A stretch of DNA of 64,000 nt from a virus. The position numbers and the translations under genes are program-made. Of this stretch, positions 42,627-53,037 are shown in pieces. Location of the stretch: IMG/VR virus record IMGVR_UViG_3300035688_000002, positions 1 through 64,000 of that record. One strand, 5' to 3'. Every line of letters starts with the position of its first letter. Positions within the stretch are counted from its first letter, which is position 1. The notes under the pieces are model-generated. The model did not search any database, was not told the DNA's origin, and worked only from the letters and a program-made list of their open reading frames with translations.

Positions 42627-44564
42627 TTAATGAATAATTTCCTGAGCCTCTCGGCCCAGTAAAATGACAGAATGGTCTCCCTGTTTCTCAACCATTATGA
42701 CATTTTCCGAGGCCAATTGCAGCCCAGGGTCATGTGTAATGACATATATCGCTCTATCTTGACCCCGCTGAGACAGGAGTTCTAAAAGGGCGTCAGTCCC
42801 AGCTTCGTCAAGGTTTTCAAAAACCTCATCAAAGAATTGAACGCTTGTATCTATCCCGCTCTGATAAATGATAAGATCATGCAGGGCTAAAAGCACAATC
42901 ACATCCACTCGCCTTCGCTCTCCCCCAGAATTCTGAGAGTAACCAACAGAGGAATCGACATCAGCAACCCTAACCTCGAATTTCTCTCTTGTCTCCCCTG
43001 CCTGGGTCATCATCTGGGTGTGAAATGTTATTTTCAAATGACCGTCTGTCAAAAGCCTTGAATATATCTCGGCCGCTTCATCAAGGAAAGGCTTAACAGA
43101 GCTTAAAACTAAGGATTTAATTCCACGATTGCTGAACCCTTCTTCCCAAAAGGCAAGTCCCTCGTGAGAGATTCTTTGGCATAACAGAGCATCCTCATTC
43201 AGAGAGGTTATTTCTGCCTCAGATATCTCTATTTGCTGTTCCCTTTCCAATTTCATCGTAAGAAAGTCATCTCGAACTCTCTGAAGGGAAGCAACAGGCT
43301 CATTGATCTCTGCTTCGAGACGAGAGAGATCAAGAGTCTTTATACGCAAGGTCTCCCTTCTCTCATCGAGAGTGGAACGCATCAAATCAAACGCGCCCTG
43401 GGCCTCTGCAATGGCCTCCCTCAAGGCTATCATGTGTCCTGAGCTAATGTCAACGGCTCTATTAAGATCCTCAATTGCTGATTGAAACCGAAGGAGATTT
43501 GCTTGAACGACTGCGAGCTCTTGGGAAAATTGTGCCACCAACTGTGCGCCCAACTGTCTCCCTATGGGTCTTTTACAGGTTGGACAGATCATTCTTTGCA
43601 CACTGTAACACTGTTCCGACAGCTTGGCTTCGTTCCTCTTTTCTAAATCGATAAGAGAGATAAAATTTGCGAGTTTCGCTCTCTTTGTATTGAGAACATC
43701 TCTCAAATGACCGGCGTCTCGATCCAGACTTGCCTGTTTTGCATGAATCTCCGTTTGTGTTTCTAAAGCTTGGCTGAGCAAGACCTCTGCCGCTGTTACT
43801 CCTTCCCTTGCCTTAACAATCCGCCAATGCCTTGGCGGCGTATCTCTTGCCTCAGAAATTCTCTTTTCATAACCTCCAATCCGACAAGAGAGATCCTGAA
43901 CGAAAACCCGATTTTCATTGATTCGTGCCTGCTTGGTAACTATCTGCATCCCTATCGAAGAGTTTAACTCCTCATAAGTCTTTGCCAGCTTCTTGGCCCT
44001 CATCCAGGCATCACCAGTCCATCCCAGAGCCAGGATTTCATCAAGAATCTCCTTTTTCTCATTGTCAGAGGCCTGCACAAAACGATGAGGGAGACCCTGC
44101 CCAAAGGTTACAGAATTTTTGAAAATATCATAAGAGAAACCCAGAATCTCACAGATGCGCTTCTCTGTCTCCCTGACTGAGCTTCCACTCAAATCTGCTC
44201 GTGGCTCACTGAGTCGCTCAAGAAAGACTCCCGTAACAGAAGGCTCGCCTATGCTTGAAACCCAATTTCTTACTCTGAGGACTGAATAACGTGTTTCACC
44301 CTGCTTAAAAAGCACACATACCCAACAGCCACCAGATCCTGTGGTTCTTATTACTTCGTCGGCTGCCATTCCTCTAAGAGTCCTGCCAAAAAGACAAAAT
44401 GTCAGAGCTTCTATGATGGCACTCTTACCAACACCGTTAGTAGCTTCTTCCTGTCCCTGCGTCCTGCCCTGAATAAAAAACAGACCCCTCTCAGCAAAGG
44501 GAAAGACAACATTCTCAAAGCACATAAACTGTCGCATTTCGACAGACTCAAAGACAATTCCCAT
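42627..44564 (-). CDS. sbcC: SbcC/Rad50-like SMC ATPase (T4 gp46-like)
   Basis: NGVGKS, Q-loop FGQG, CPTC zinc hook, SGGE, FDE..ENLD, ITH; exact start uncertain. Confidence 0.92.
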   Translation of the reverse strand: MGIVFESVEMRQFMCFENVVFPFAERGLFFIQGRTQGQEEATNGVGKSAIIEALTFCLFGRTLRGMAADEVIRTTGSGGCWVCVLFKQGETRYSVLRVRNWVSSIGEPSVTGVFLERLSEPRADLSGSSVRETEKRICEILGFSYDIFKNSVTFGQGLPHRFVQASDNEKKEILDEILALGWTGDAWMRAKKLAKTYEELNSSIGMQIVTKQARINENRVFVQDLSCRIGGYEKRISEARDTPPRHWRIVKAREGVTAAEVLLSQALETQTEIHAKQASLDRDAGHLRDVLNTKRAKLANFISLIDLEKRNEAKLSEQCYSVQRMICPTCKRPIGRQLGAQLVAQFSQELAVVQANLLRFQSAIEDLNRAVDISSGHMIALREAIAEAQGAFDLMRSTLDERRETLRIKTLDLSRLEAEINEPVASLQRVRDDFLTMKLEREQQIEISEAEITSLNEDALLCQRISHEGLAFWEEGFSNRGIKSLVLSSVKPFLDEAAEIYSRLLTDGHLKITFHTQMMTQAGETREKFEVRVADVDSSVGYSQNSGGERRRVDVIVLLALHDLIIYQSGIDTSVQFFDEVFENLDEAGTDALLELLSQRGQDRAIYVITHDPGLQLASENVIMVEKQGDHSVILLGREAQEIIH

Positions 44565-44572
44565 TCTCTGTA

Positions 44573-45706
44573 TCACTCCTGATACAGCTTTTCGAGCTGT
44601 TCGCAAACAGAATCTTCGTCAAAGACGCCTTCCCTCGCTAACATAAGCCCCACTCTATAGAGCCGCTCAGCTTGGACGGACGATGAAGGAAGCAGAAATT
44701 TGCTTCCGACATACGATCTAAGCAACTCAGTTCTCTCCGCCTGTGGAATAACTGCGGCTCTCTCAGCATCTTGAGATTGAGGTTTTTTGTAAATGATAAT
44801 GCTTCTTGCACCCACTTCGGGTGGCAGACTAGCTATGACTTGTCTCCTAAGGTCTCTATTGCTCGTTAAAATTCTATAATAATCAAGAACATTAAATGAA
44901 AAGTCCGGATTCTCATCTAAATCAACAGTCTTGAAAAGCGGATGATAAAAGGGAATTTCTATTACTTCATTATGATCATCCAATAGATTTACATCCCAGA
45001 CCGCACCAGAAAGACCCTCATCAGAGAAACTGTGTGGAGAACAGGTTCCTGGGACTAAAACACGCTCAAAAAGGCGAGACTCATGATAATGTCCCACAAT
45101 TGAAAAAGAGAAACGTCTGGCTAAAAAGCGAGGGTCAAGCCCCCTTTCCACCCTCATGTTGCCCCTCAGCCATGAACCTTGAACGTCCCCGTGTGTCAGC
45201 AAAATTTTTGAATCCATCCTTGAATAAACACGATTTGCAACTGACTCGATCGCTTGCTGTAATGCCGTCTGTTCCTGCGTTGGAATACATAGGAATAGCC
45301 AATTTCCCATCCGGACTATACCATCATGATAAAAGCCTCTCTGACCGGCAAAAGCTTCCATTTCATTAATGACACTGCCAGGGTGACTTACAGTCTCAGA
45401 GAACACCGAAAGTGAAGAATACCCAGAGCGAGTAATATCATGCGTCCCTGAACAGGCTATCAAAGGCTTTCTGAGATGAGAAAGAATGGCTTTGGCTTTC
45501 GACACGGAAACGACATCCACTCTCGTCTTTTCCTGAAAGAAGTCACCTGCACAAAGAACAGCGTCATATTGGGGCTGATTCCCTATCTCCACTATTTCAT
45601 TCCATCTCTCAAGGACTTCGAGCCTCCGTGAATTATCCCCTCTTGAATAAGTGGCAAAGGCTCTAAATGGATGAAGATGCAAACAAGAAAAGACTAACAC
45701 TCTCAT
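44573..45706 (-). CDS. sbcD: SbcD/Mre11-like metallophosphoesterase (T4 gp47-like)
   Basis: SCLH, GDFF, GTHD, TH, GHYH; adjacent to SbcC. Confidence 0.85.
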   Translation of the reverse strand: MRVLVFSCLHLHPFRAFATYSRGDNSRRLEVLERWNEIVEIGNQPQYDAVLCAGDFFQEKTRVDVVSVSKAKAILSHLRKPLIACSGTHDITRSGYSSLSVFSETVSHPGSVINEMEAFAGQRGFYHDGIVRMGNWLFLCIPTQEQTALQQAIESVANRVYSRMDSKILLTHGDVQGSWLRGNMRVERGLDPRFLARRFSFSIVGHYHESRLFERVLVPGTCSPHSFSDEGLSGAVWDVNLLDDHNEVIEIPFYHPLFKTVDLDENPDFSFNVLDYYRILTSNRDLRRQVIASLPPEVGARSIIIYKKPQSQDAERAAVIPQAERTELLRSYVGSKFLLPSSSVQAERLYRVGLMLAREGVFDEDSVCEQLEKLYQE

Positions 45707-46026
45707 TTGGGTATCTTCTCCACTTTCAACAGAGAATGTAGCTCCTGCTCAAGCTTCAAAGCAAGAAACTTTGAAAGATAGACGAGATTAAAACTTCCAC
45801 CCATCTGTCCGACATCCACATTCCAAGTACGAGGATTACTGACACTGTAACTTAGACTAATATCACGCCTCATCTGGGTAAACCAATCATTTATCCATAT
45901 TGGCATCTGCGTCTCTCCCAGCAACTTAATAAACTCTCTAATCTCAGTCTTTGAGGGATGGTAAGGGAAGTCAGAAAATTCAGGAGAAAGAATACTCTCC
46001 AAGAAACTCCGTTCCACTTTAGGCAT
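45703..46026 (-). CDS. hypothetical protein
   Basis: Overlaps both neighbours. Confidence 0.6.
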   Translation of the reverse strand: MPKVERSFLESILSPEFSDFPYHPSKTEIREFIKLLGETQMPIWINDWFTQMRRDISLSYSVSNPRTWNVDVGQMGGSFNLVYLSKFLALKLEQELHSLLKVEKIPK

Positions 46027-46588
46027 TTGGATTCCCTTTCATGACTTTCTTTCCCACAAACCACTTAACGAAATCAACTAGGGAGAGATTAATGAAATCT
46101 CCCTTGGCCTCATCCACCGAGTTAATCACTAAAATTGCTGACTCGCGGGGATAGTTGCCAAAAGAATGAGAAAGAGCATCAAACACACACCCACTCATAA
46201 AGACAAACCAATCTGTCCTATCAGCGCGCCAAACAAGCAGAGGAAACTCAAGAGTGGAAGATTTAGTAAGCATTTCATTATACCATTTTCCCAATATGCC
46301 CGTCCTTCCTGCAAGTAACTCAAAGGGCGCAAAAGTCGCCCTCTTTCTGCGCTTGACTTCCCAATAAAAGGGCCATCGGTCATCAATCTTATCATCTCTG
46401 ATAGGAACTAAATCTCCACATAACACTGGAAGCCCGCCCCACCCACCCGACATCGGAGTCCTTCTTAGAAATCCATCTCCATTCGGATAAAATGCCTTAG
46501 AGAGAAGCTCTGCAACCTCTCTTTCTCCTACTTTTCCCTTTCTCTGAGACTGGCGTGCCTTGCGAGACCGCGCCTCTCTCGTTATCAT
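46019..46588 (-). CDS. Holliday junction resolvase-like PD-(D/E)xK nuclease
   Basis: KG..GERE.A..L, RTP.SGG, GD, EVK. Confidence 0.8.
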   Translation of the reverse strand: MITREARSRKARQSQRKGKVGEREVAELLSKAFYPNGDGFLRRTPMSGGWGGLPVLCGDLVPIRDDKIDDRWPFYWEVKRRKRATFAPFELLAGRTGILGKWYNEMLTKSSTLEFPLLVWRADRTDWFVFMSGCVFDALSHSFGNYPRESAILVINSVDEAKGDFINLSLVDFVKWFVGKKVMKGNPNA

Positions 46589-46641
46589 TTCAATCTCCTT
46601 AATCCCACCCAGTAGCTCCGAGTCCTATCGTCTTTCGTCTC

Positions 46642-47019
46642 CTACCGAATCAACGCTATATCAAGCACTTTCTTGGAATAAAACCAATTCGTCCACAGAC
46701 TCTTAGCCCAGAACTGCTTCGTAGCAAGCTCTGCATTCAACTCGACAGCCTTTTGCTGTATGGCTGCCAATTCAAACTGAGAAATCTGCGAATTAGACCG
46801 GGCCTCGTTCAAAGTACTCTGAACAATGAAATACTTAATGGCCATAGCATCGGCTGAGGGCGACGCCGACACAATTGCCGCCAAACAAGCTGCATACCCA
46901 ATCCAAATGAAAATACCTATCATGACCCAGCCCGTCGGGTCTTTTCCTGCCTTATGGACTAAAATAGCCACACAAAGCATCGCAAGAGAAATAACCGCAA
47001 GAATCAAAATGATAAGCAT
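46642..47019 (-). CDS. membrane protein
   Basis: Two TM helices; GGAGGT RBS. Confidence 0.65.
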   Translation of the reverse strand: MLIILILAVISLAMLCVAILVHKAGKDPTGWVMIGIFIWIGYAACLAAIVSASPSADAMAIKYFIVQSTLNEARSNSQISQFELAAIQQKAVELNAELATKQFWAKSLWTNWFYSKKVLDIALIR

Positions 47020-47033
47020 TGCTTACCTCCTAA

Positions 47034-47306
47034 TCACTTCATCCTTCCTGAACGAAGTGCAAAAGATATATACTTAACAGCCTCTGCTCCAAGCTCTATT
47101 GCCTTCCGCCTCATTGACCCTGTCAAATCGTAATGAGAATGTTTACCATACTTCTTAGCCTGCTGAAACCACTCCGGCTTCAAACCCAAACGAATAGCAA
47201 AGGCGTGCAACTCAGTTGGAGAGTCCGCCGTCAGATGACAGTGTGTCTTATAAGGCCATTTAGCCGATGGTTTTACCTTTCTGACTCTATCGACATAAAC
47301 AGCCAC
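47034..47306 (-). CDS. DUF4031-like protein
   Basis: VYVD....W....CHL.AD...ELH.FA..LG....WFQ......HYD.....R..AI..GA. Confidence 0.8.
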   Translation of the reverse strand: MAVYVDRVRKVKPSAKWPYKTHCHLTADSPTELHAFAIRLGLKPEWFQQAKKYGKHSHYDLTGSMRRKAIELGAEAVKYISFALRSGRMK

Positions 47307-47307
47307 T

Positions 47308-48339
47308 TTATTTATCTTCCTCTATGCCTTCTTCTGTTACCGCTGGCGGTTGAGCCTCTCCTGCGTCAAATTGCCTCAAAACTTCGAGCATTTCATTCTG
47401 TTTCCCCCTCCAAATCTCCTCAAAGGCAGTCCTCCTGAATCGTTCTGTTTTGAACTCAAACCATCCAGTAGAGGGACGAGCAATCACTCCCTCATTGACC
47501 AGATAGTCCAAGAGGCCGCTGAGAGCAGGGATTCCCTTCCCCAGAAGTAACTCAAATCCTACTCTTTTAAAAGGTATCCCTACTTTGGATTTAACTACCT
47601 CAAAGAGACCCTTAACAGCAAGAACCTTGGTTCTCTCCTTATTTACAATCTTTGCTCCTTTGGTCATTGCCGCCCTTAATCCTGCATAGAATTTTGGAGC
47701 CTTTCCGCCGGTTGTTTCTTCTTTCTCTCCAAAAAGGACTCCGATATTAGCTCTCAATTGATTGACAAAGATGACAACCATCTTTTGGTCGGCAATAAGA
47801 TTTGTCAGCCTCCGCAATCCCTGGGATATTGATCTGGCTCGAAGACCCATTTCCGATTTCCCAAACTCCTGCCCAAGCTCTGCCTTTGCGATAGAGGCAG
47901 CAAGACTGTCTTTGATGTAGAGAATAGGAGTAGTAGCAAAGAGCGGATTTTCCCGAACACTCTTAGTCACCCTCTCAAGGTGCTCAAATCCCTCTTCCAA
48001 AGAAGGAGCGATGTAGTAAATCAACTCATCCAGATTTATTCCCAGTATTCTTGCCCATCTTCTATCAAACGCTCTTTCAGCATCATCGAGAATCGCTATC
48101 CCTCCTACCCTCTGACACTGCGCTATAGTCTGATACATAAGGAGGGACTTGCCTGACTGCCACGGCCCGAAAACCTCGGAGAAGCGAGAAACTGGGAAGC
48201 CCCCTCCCATTGCCAAATCAAAAGCGATAACACCGGTAGAGATGCACTCTGTCGCTTCACTGACCTGGCTGAAGTCTATGGAAGAAAGGTCTTTTCTGAG
48301 TTTTTCTAATTCTCTATCTCTCTCTGTTTCTTGGCTCAT
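47308..48339 (-). CDS. recA: RecA/UvsX recombinase
   Basis: ISTG...D...GGG.P, GPWQSGKS, DAE.AFD, DS.AA, INQLR...GV.FG..E.T.GG.A.KFYA. Confidence 0.93.
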   Translation of the reverse strand: MSQETERDRELEKLRKDLSSIDFSQVSEATECISTGVIAFDLAMGGGFPVSRFSEVFGPWQSGKSLLMYQTIAQCQRVGGIAILDDAERAFDRRWARILGINLDELIYYIAPSLEEGFEHLERVTKSVRENPLFATTPILYIKDSLAASIAKAELGQEFGKSEMGLRARSISQGLRRLTNLIADQKMVVIFVNQLRANIGVLFGEKEETTGGKAPKFYAGLRAAMTKGAKIVNKERTKVLAVKGLFEVVKSKVGIPFKRVGFELLLGKGIPALSGLLDYLVNEGVIARPSTGWFEFKTERFRRTAFEEIWRGKQNEMLEVLRQFDAGEAQPPAVTEEGIEEDK

Positions 48340-48345
48340 CTGTCA

Positions 48346-49326
48346 TTATTTCTTTTCTCTCTCAGCTGTTGAGGCTGCGTTTCTTAGAGCCCTAAGTCTC
48401 TGTGTCCTCTCCGAACCCACTGCCGCAGCGGCTTTTGGAGGGGTCTCTTTTTTCGCTGGCTCAGCTTCTTTCTTCTCTTCTGGCAGATCGTCAATAGGAA
48501 TCTCAAGTGTCTCTATGTCAAGCTCATCGAGTCCTTCCTCTAATCCAGCCTCTTTCTCAACGACAGCTGCTTCTTTGCCCGTCTCACCCGCTCCAGCTAG
48601 AATATCCTCGCCTTCCTGCTCCTCGATGTATTCCTCTCCATGCAGAATCGCAAGCACTTCCTCTGAGCTCGGAATTGGATAGATATTGTCGAGGTCGTGA
48701 GCCCTTTCCATGACTTTCTGTGGGACACGAGTCACTGTGCTTGAAGGCATAACATGATAACGTGTGTCAGTCTTGCCCTCTCCCTGTCTGTTGATTATGA
48801 CGTGCCTTCCTGACTCAAGGTTGTCAAGATCGCCATACTCATCATCGAGAAAGAGCAAAAGAACGTCATTAAAAAGCCCTCTGCCCATTTCCCAGACCTG
48901 CACACCTGCCTTTGGGTCTTGCACATCAATCATATTGACTGCGAATCTCTCTCTCGACATGATGTCCTTCGCTATGAAGGCATCTTCCCTTCTTCCCGAC
49001 TGAAGCAGGTCTTTTACATAATCACAGACAGGGCAAGCTTCACTGGCTGAGTTTAAGTTGAGACGGCAAACGACTCTGTTCTTCTCTGGGCCTATCCCAA
49101 AGTGAACCTTGGTCTTCTTAAAGAAAACCTTGCCCATATCCCCTGACCAATGGGGGAGAACACGAGCGACATTTTTTCCTACGGAGGGTCTCCAAAAAGA
49201 GACATCTCTCCGCTCGGAGGCCTTTCTGATACGATCGGACTCCTTCTGTAAAAGTTCTTTCCTACTCACCTTTACCTCCTTTGAGTGGATTTTATTCGCT
49301 GTCGCCTTCTTCGGACGGTTTTTCAC
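48346..49326 (-). CDS. single-stranded DNA-binding protein (gp32-like)
   Basis: G.N..R.LP, H...C......CPVC, G....I.R.G.G..DT.Y, acidic C-terminal tail. Confidence 0.8.
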   Translation of the reverse strand: MKNRPKKATANKIHSKEVKVSRKELLQKESDRIRKASERRDVSFWRPSVGKNVARVLPHWSGDMGKVFFKKTKVHFGIGPEKNRVVCRLNLNSASEACPVCDYVKDLLQSGRREDAFIAKDIMSRERFAVNMIDVQDPKAGVQVWEMGRGLFNDVLLLFLDDEYGDLDNLESGRHVIINRQGEGKTDTRYHVMPSSTVTRVPQKVMERAHDLDNIYPIPSSEEVLAILHGEEYIEEQEGEDILAGAGETGKEAAVVEKEAGLEEGLDELDIETLEIPIDDLPEEKKEAEPAKKETPPKAAAAVGSERTQRLRALRNAASTAEREKK

Positions 49327-49846
49327 GTGCCGGAGACGCAGCGATATCTCTTAATCGGCGCTCGACAAGTTGTTTCTCGTGGATCGCCAAATTTGTGTCC
49401 CATTCATCCCTAAGATTAGCTCCCAATGACATCAGAAGGTCTTTCCTCTGCTGGAAAGCATCTTTTATTGAAGTCAGATGATCGAGCTGTAGGCGAGCCC
49501 TTAGAACTTTGTCTGAAAGTTCCTGGTATTTAACATCGAGGAGAACCTTTGAATCTAAAAGCCTCTCACTGAATTTTTCTCCTCTGGCTTCCATTTCTCT
49601 CCTGATAAAAGAATAGGTTTGCCCAGAGTATTTATCTAGCTCTCTCTTCCACTTCGCATACACAACCTTCGCAAACGCAGTCATTCTTGCCCAAAAGACA
49701 TATCTTACAGGCTGCTTCTTGAGTTCATCGTTTATGTCTTGCTCTTTGATATCCAAATCATTGAGATAGTTGCCTCTGTAAGTCTGGCTTCCAAAGCGGA
49801 TTTCAATCCACCCTTCCACTATGGGCGTAGGTGTAGTTTCAGACAT
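49292..49846 (-). CDS. UvsY-like recombination mediator
   Basis: DL.I....I..E...QP..Y..W, helical, AF.QR...L; next to SSB and RecA. Confidence 0.65.
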   Translation of the reverse strand: MSETTPTPIVEGWIEIRFGSQTYRGNYLNDLDIKEQDINDELKKQPVRYVFWARMTAFAKVVYAKWKRELDKYSGQTYSFIRREMEARGEKFSERLLDSKVLLDVKYQELSDKVLRARLQLDHLTSIKDAFQQRKDLLMSLGANLRDEWDTNLAIHEKQLVERRLRDIAASPAREKPSEEGDSE

Positions 49847-49898
49847 TATCTTCCTCCCTTATAGTTATTATAATTCTTACCTAAAGTTTCATTCAGCG

Positions 49899-50090
49899 TC
49901 ATTGTTCCTTTATTTCCCTTATGCTTGGACAACCGCGACTCCTCATAGCATGACTAAGACACGAAGCCGACAATCCAAATCTCCTACAGATGTCAGATAG
50001 GGAAAGACTGGGGTCAGCGCGTAAAAGTGCCTCCGATTTCCTTGCAATTTCATCCAACTCCTCAGGCTGCCGTTGATGAATCTTAGGCAT
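49899..50090 (-). CDS. small HTH protein
   Basis: LSLSDICRRFGLSASCLSH. Confidence 0.6.
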   Translation of the reverse strand: MPKIHQRQPEELDEIARKSEALLRADPSLSLSDICRRFGLSASCLSHAMRSRGCPSIREIKEQ

Positions 50091-52446
50091 CTGGAACCTC
50101 TATCATCTCTCCCCAGTTCCGCCCCGCCATTGTTTCAATCTCCATAGGAACTAACATCCAGGGGAAAACCTCTGGCAATCCTTTCACTATCTCTCTCATT
50201 AGAGAAATGACGGTCATCTCTTCATTATAATTGGGAGCGTCAACGAGATTCTCATCATGCACTTCCGCAATGATTTTTGACTCAAGCTCCATCATTTTCA
50301 TTAACTCTGCCAATTCTCCCAGCGTGAAAATGTTTATATCGACGGCCGCGGACTGGATGGGAAAATTGAAGGCTCTCTTAGCCCTGTCTTCGCCTGTGTA
50401 GCCACTCAAATCCCACCTTCTGCCAAAGAGAGAGACTATCTCCATCCCCCTTTCTGCCCTGCCTCTCTGTCTATCCATCCATCGCCTAACGCCCCCGAAT
50501 CTTTGAAAAAAACGCTCATAGAAAGCGAGAGCTTTTCTGATTGACCATCCTTCCCTGTCAGCGAGAGCCCCAGCCGACATTCCGTAGAACAAACCAAAAT
50601 TCACAGTCTTTGCACTCCGCCTGTCTTCAAATGTCACGTCCTTCAGGTCTTTCATATAGATTGTAACTGCTGTTTCTCTGTGTGGGTCTCTGCCCTCTTT
50701 GAAGATTCTTAATAGCTCTGGGTCTTCAGACTCAATTGCCATCACCCTCATCTCTATATGTCTGAAGTCCATTTTGACTAGGCGACCGGCAGCGCCAAAG
50801 CGGCTAATAAAACACTTCTTCACTTCAGGCGGAACATTCTGGATGTTTGGCCTCCCAGCAGCCGGTCTCCCTCCCTTCGACGCTGTGATATTGTAGCTGG
50901 GATGAATCTTTCCGTTAGCGTCTGACATTTCAATGTAATTGTCATAGTAAGTACCTTTGATTTTCATAAGACTTCTATAGTCCATGATTTGCTTGGCATA
51001 CGGATCACTATGCGAAAGCTCCTCAAAGGTATCTTTATCAATAGACGGAAGCCCTTTCGGAGTGAAATGCCGTGGATCATAACGCAGTCCCTCAAAGAAA
51101 AGCTTTCTGAGGCTGAATGGAGAATCAATCTTAAATCCTGGGATTTTCTGAACCTCGGGGAGGGTAAGGATTTCACTCTTTTTCTGGGCTATGTCAAGCT
51201 CCAGCTCTCGGCTTCTTAGTCTCACGAGAGGAAGATCAAGAGCCATGCCGTTAGCCTCTATTTCAGCCAGAGCTACAGAGCCTGGCATTAGAACCTCATC
51301 ATATAATGTTCCCAGGCCTTTCCTGTCTATCCTGGGTCTAAGGATTTCATAAAGCTTGGCACTGACAAAAGCGTCGGTAGCATTGAGTTGCCACACATTT
51401 GGCTTACTGACATTGCCCATATTCTCATAGTCTATCCCTTTTTCATATCCACCATAGTCTGGAAGATACTGCCAGACCATCTGTTTGAGGCCTACGGACG
51501 TTCCTGTTCCCTCATCAAGGAGATACTTAGCCACCGATGGGTCAAACACAACTCGATTCAACCTAACACCGTGTTTGACTAAGAGCCACACAAATTCAAA
51601 TTTGGCATTTTGGGCTATTTTTGGAGTGTTTCCCTCAAGAAACTCCCGCATCTCTAATGAAACAGTCCCTAAACCCCAAATACTTTCCCAGTCAATGACA
51701 CACGTGTCTTCAGCGTCAGAGATAGCGATGCTCAAAATCCTGGCGTCAGGCTCGAAAGGTGTCTTTGTTGTTGTCTCAAGATCAATGGCTATGGGCCTTG
51801 CTTCTCCCCTCCCCTTAAAGGTTGTAAGCCAGAATGGAACTCGATAAGGACTTTCAACCAGATCGAATCTCACTCTTTTTATGACTCTCTCTCCTTTCCC
51901 TATCAGACTTGGAATAACTGCCATGTCTTTCCGCCAGGTATAAATACTCGAGCGATTCCGAGCTACATACGCTGGGTGCCAGAGTGGGAGATAGGTAATT
52001 TCATCTTTTTCAATCACCCGCCCTCTTACAACTGAAGACGCCTTCCCTACAAACTGACGAATCGGAAGGACTCCGAAGAGAAGAACGACTTTGGATTTCA
52101 TTTCTGCCCACTCCTGGGCATACTGTTTAACACAGTGTTTCCGGGTAATCGCATCCGGCTCAAGGTCACCCCCTTCGTCCTTTGGGCCAGTCCTACATTT
52201 AGCAAGATTTGTGATGTAACAATCTCCCCTCGTAACTCCTAAAGGAGTCAGATTCTCAAAGAGAATCTTGCCGCTTGGGCCAATGAATGGCCGTCCCATC
52301 CTTTCTTCCGTTGCCCCTGGTGCTACTCCTACAATGACAATCTTAGCATTGGCTAGATCTCCTTCGGGTGCGACACGGACGTGCCCCATTAAAGGGCAAC
52401 CTACACACCCTCCGAGGACGGGCTCACTGACTAATCTGTTTGTCAT
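50083..52446 (-). CDS. polA: family A DNA polymerase with N-terminal uracil-DNA glycosylase (family 4-like) domain and 3'-5' exonuclease
   Basis: UDG: CxxC, G.APG..E...G.PF.G.SG, TN..KC, HPAY; exo DLETT; pol motifs DF..IE.R, R..AK..NFG..YG, N.PIQ, VHDE. Confidence 0.93.
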   Translation of the reverse strand: MTNRLVSEPVLGGCVGCPLMGHVRVAPEGDLANAKIVIVGVAPGATEERMGRPFIGPSGKILFENLTPLGVTRGDCYITNLAKCRTGPKDEGGDLEPDAITRKHCVKQYAQEWAEMKSKVVLLFGVLPIRQFVGKASSVVRGRVIEKDEITYLPLWHPAYVARNRSSIYTWRKDMAVIPSLIGKGERVIKRVRFDLVESPYRVPFWLTTFKGRGEARPIAIDLETTTKTPFEPDARILSIAISDAEDTCVIDWESIWGLGTVSLEMREFLEGNTPKIAQNAKFEFVWLLVKHGVRLNRVVFDPSVAKYLLDEGTGTSVGLKQMVWQYLPDYGGYEKGIDYENMGNVSKPNVWQLNATDAFVSAKLYEILRPRIDRKGLGTLYDEVLMPGSVALAEIEANGMALDLPLVRLRSRELELDIAQKKSEILTLPEVQKIPGFKIDSPFSLRKLFFEGLRYDPRHFTPKGLPSIDKDTFEELSHSDPYAKQIMDYRSLMKIKGTYYDNYIEMSDANGKIHPSYNITASKGGRPAAGRPNIQNVPPEVKKCFISRFGAAGRLVKMDFRHIEMRVMAIESEDPELLRIFKEGRDPHRETAVTIYMKDLKDVTFEDRRSAKTVNFGLFYGMSAGALADREGWSIRKALAFYERFFQRFGGVRRWMDRQRGRAERGMEIVSLFGRRWDLSGYTGEDRAKRAFNFPIQSAAVDINIFTLGELAELMKMMELESKIIAEVHDENLVDAPNYNEEMTVISLMREIVKGLPEVFPWMLVPMEIETMAGRNWGEMIEVPDA

Positions 52447-52682
52447 TTTGCCTTTTCAAAACATTCCGGACAGAGATACGGAAAATCCATGGTGGGAGGA
52501 CGAAAAAAATGCAACACAGCCTTTGTCTCATCATCAAGAATCAAACTAAAAATCTTGCTTTTAATTACTCGCATACACTTCATACAGAGAAAATTCCGTT
52601 CCTCACCGACAAGCCTAAAATTCCATGTCGCCGACTCTGGATTGCCTTCATACATCCTAGCCAAGTCTTTTACAATCTCCAT
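52443..52682 (-). CDS. small Zn-ribbon protein
   Basis: CMKC...CPEC. Confidence 0.6.
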   Translation of the reverse strand: MEIVKDLARMYEGNPESATWNFRLVGEERNFLCMKCMRVIKSKIFSLILDDETKAVLHFFRPPTMDFPYLCPECFEKAK

Positions 52683-53034
52683 TTTTGCCTCCTTCGCGTC
52701 CCACTCTTCTAAACTTCAATCTACTCCCATCAAAGACAGCATCTGGATGGAGTCTATGAAACGCCTTACCCGCCTCCGCAAGAACCACGCTCTTAACCTC
52801 CTCCACCATACTTTTATTCCAGAGCCGCTTGAGCCTGAGTGCCGCTCGTCTCGTCCACGAAGCCATCAGCTGGTGCTTCCGGCCGCATATCTGACAAGGA
52901 TAATAATACACACACACTATCTTGCCCCACTTCTTACCCTTACTCACAACTGCCTCCGGTGCCTCCGGTAAGAAGCTATCTACAACGAACTTCCTAACAT
53001 CACGAAACGTTCTTATCTTTCTTTTCATCTTCAT
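52657..53034 (-). CDS. hypothetical protein
   Basis: Basic, CxxC; operon packing. Confidence 0.55.
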   Translation of the reverse strand: MKMKRKIRTFRDVRKFVVDSFLPEAPEAVVSKGKKWGKIVCVYYYPCQICGRKHQLMASWTRRAALRLKRLWNKSMVEEVKSVVLAEAGKAFHRLHPDAVFDGSRLKFRRVGREGGKNGDCKRLG

Positions 53035-53037
53035 CTC

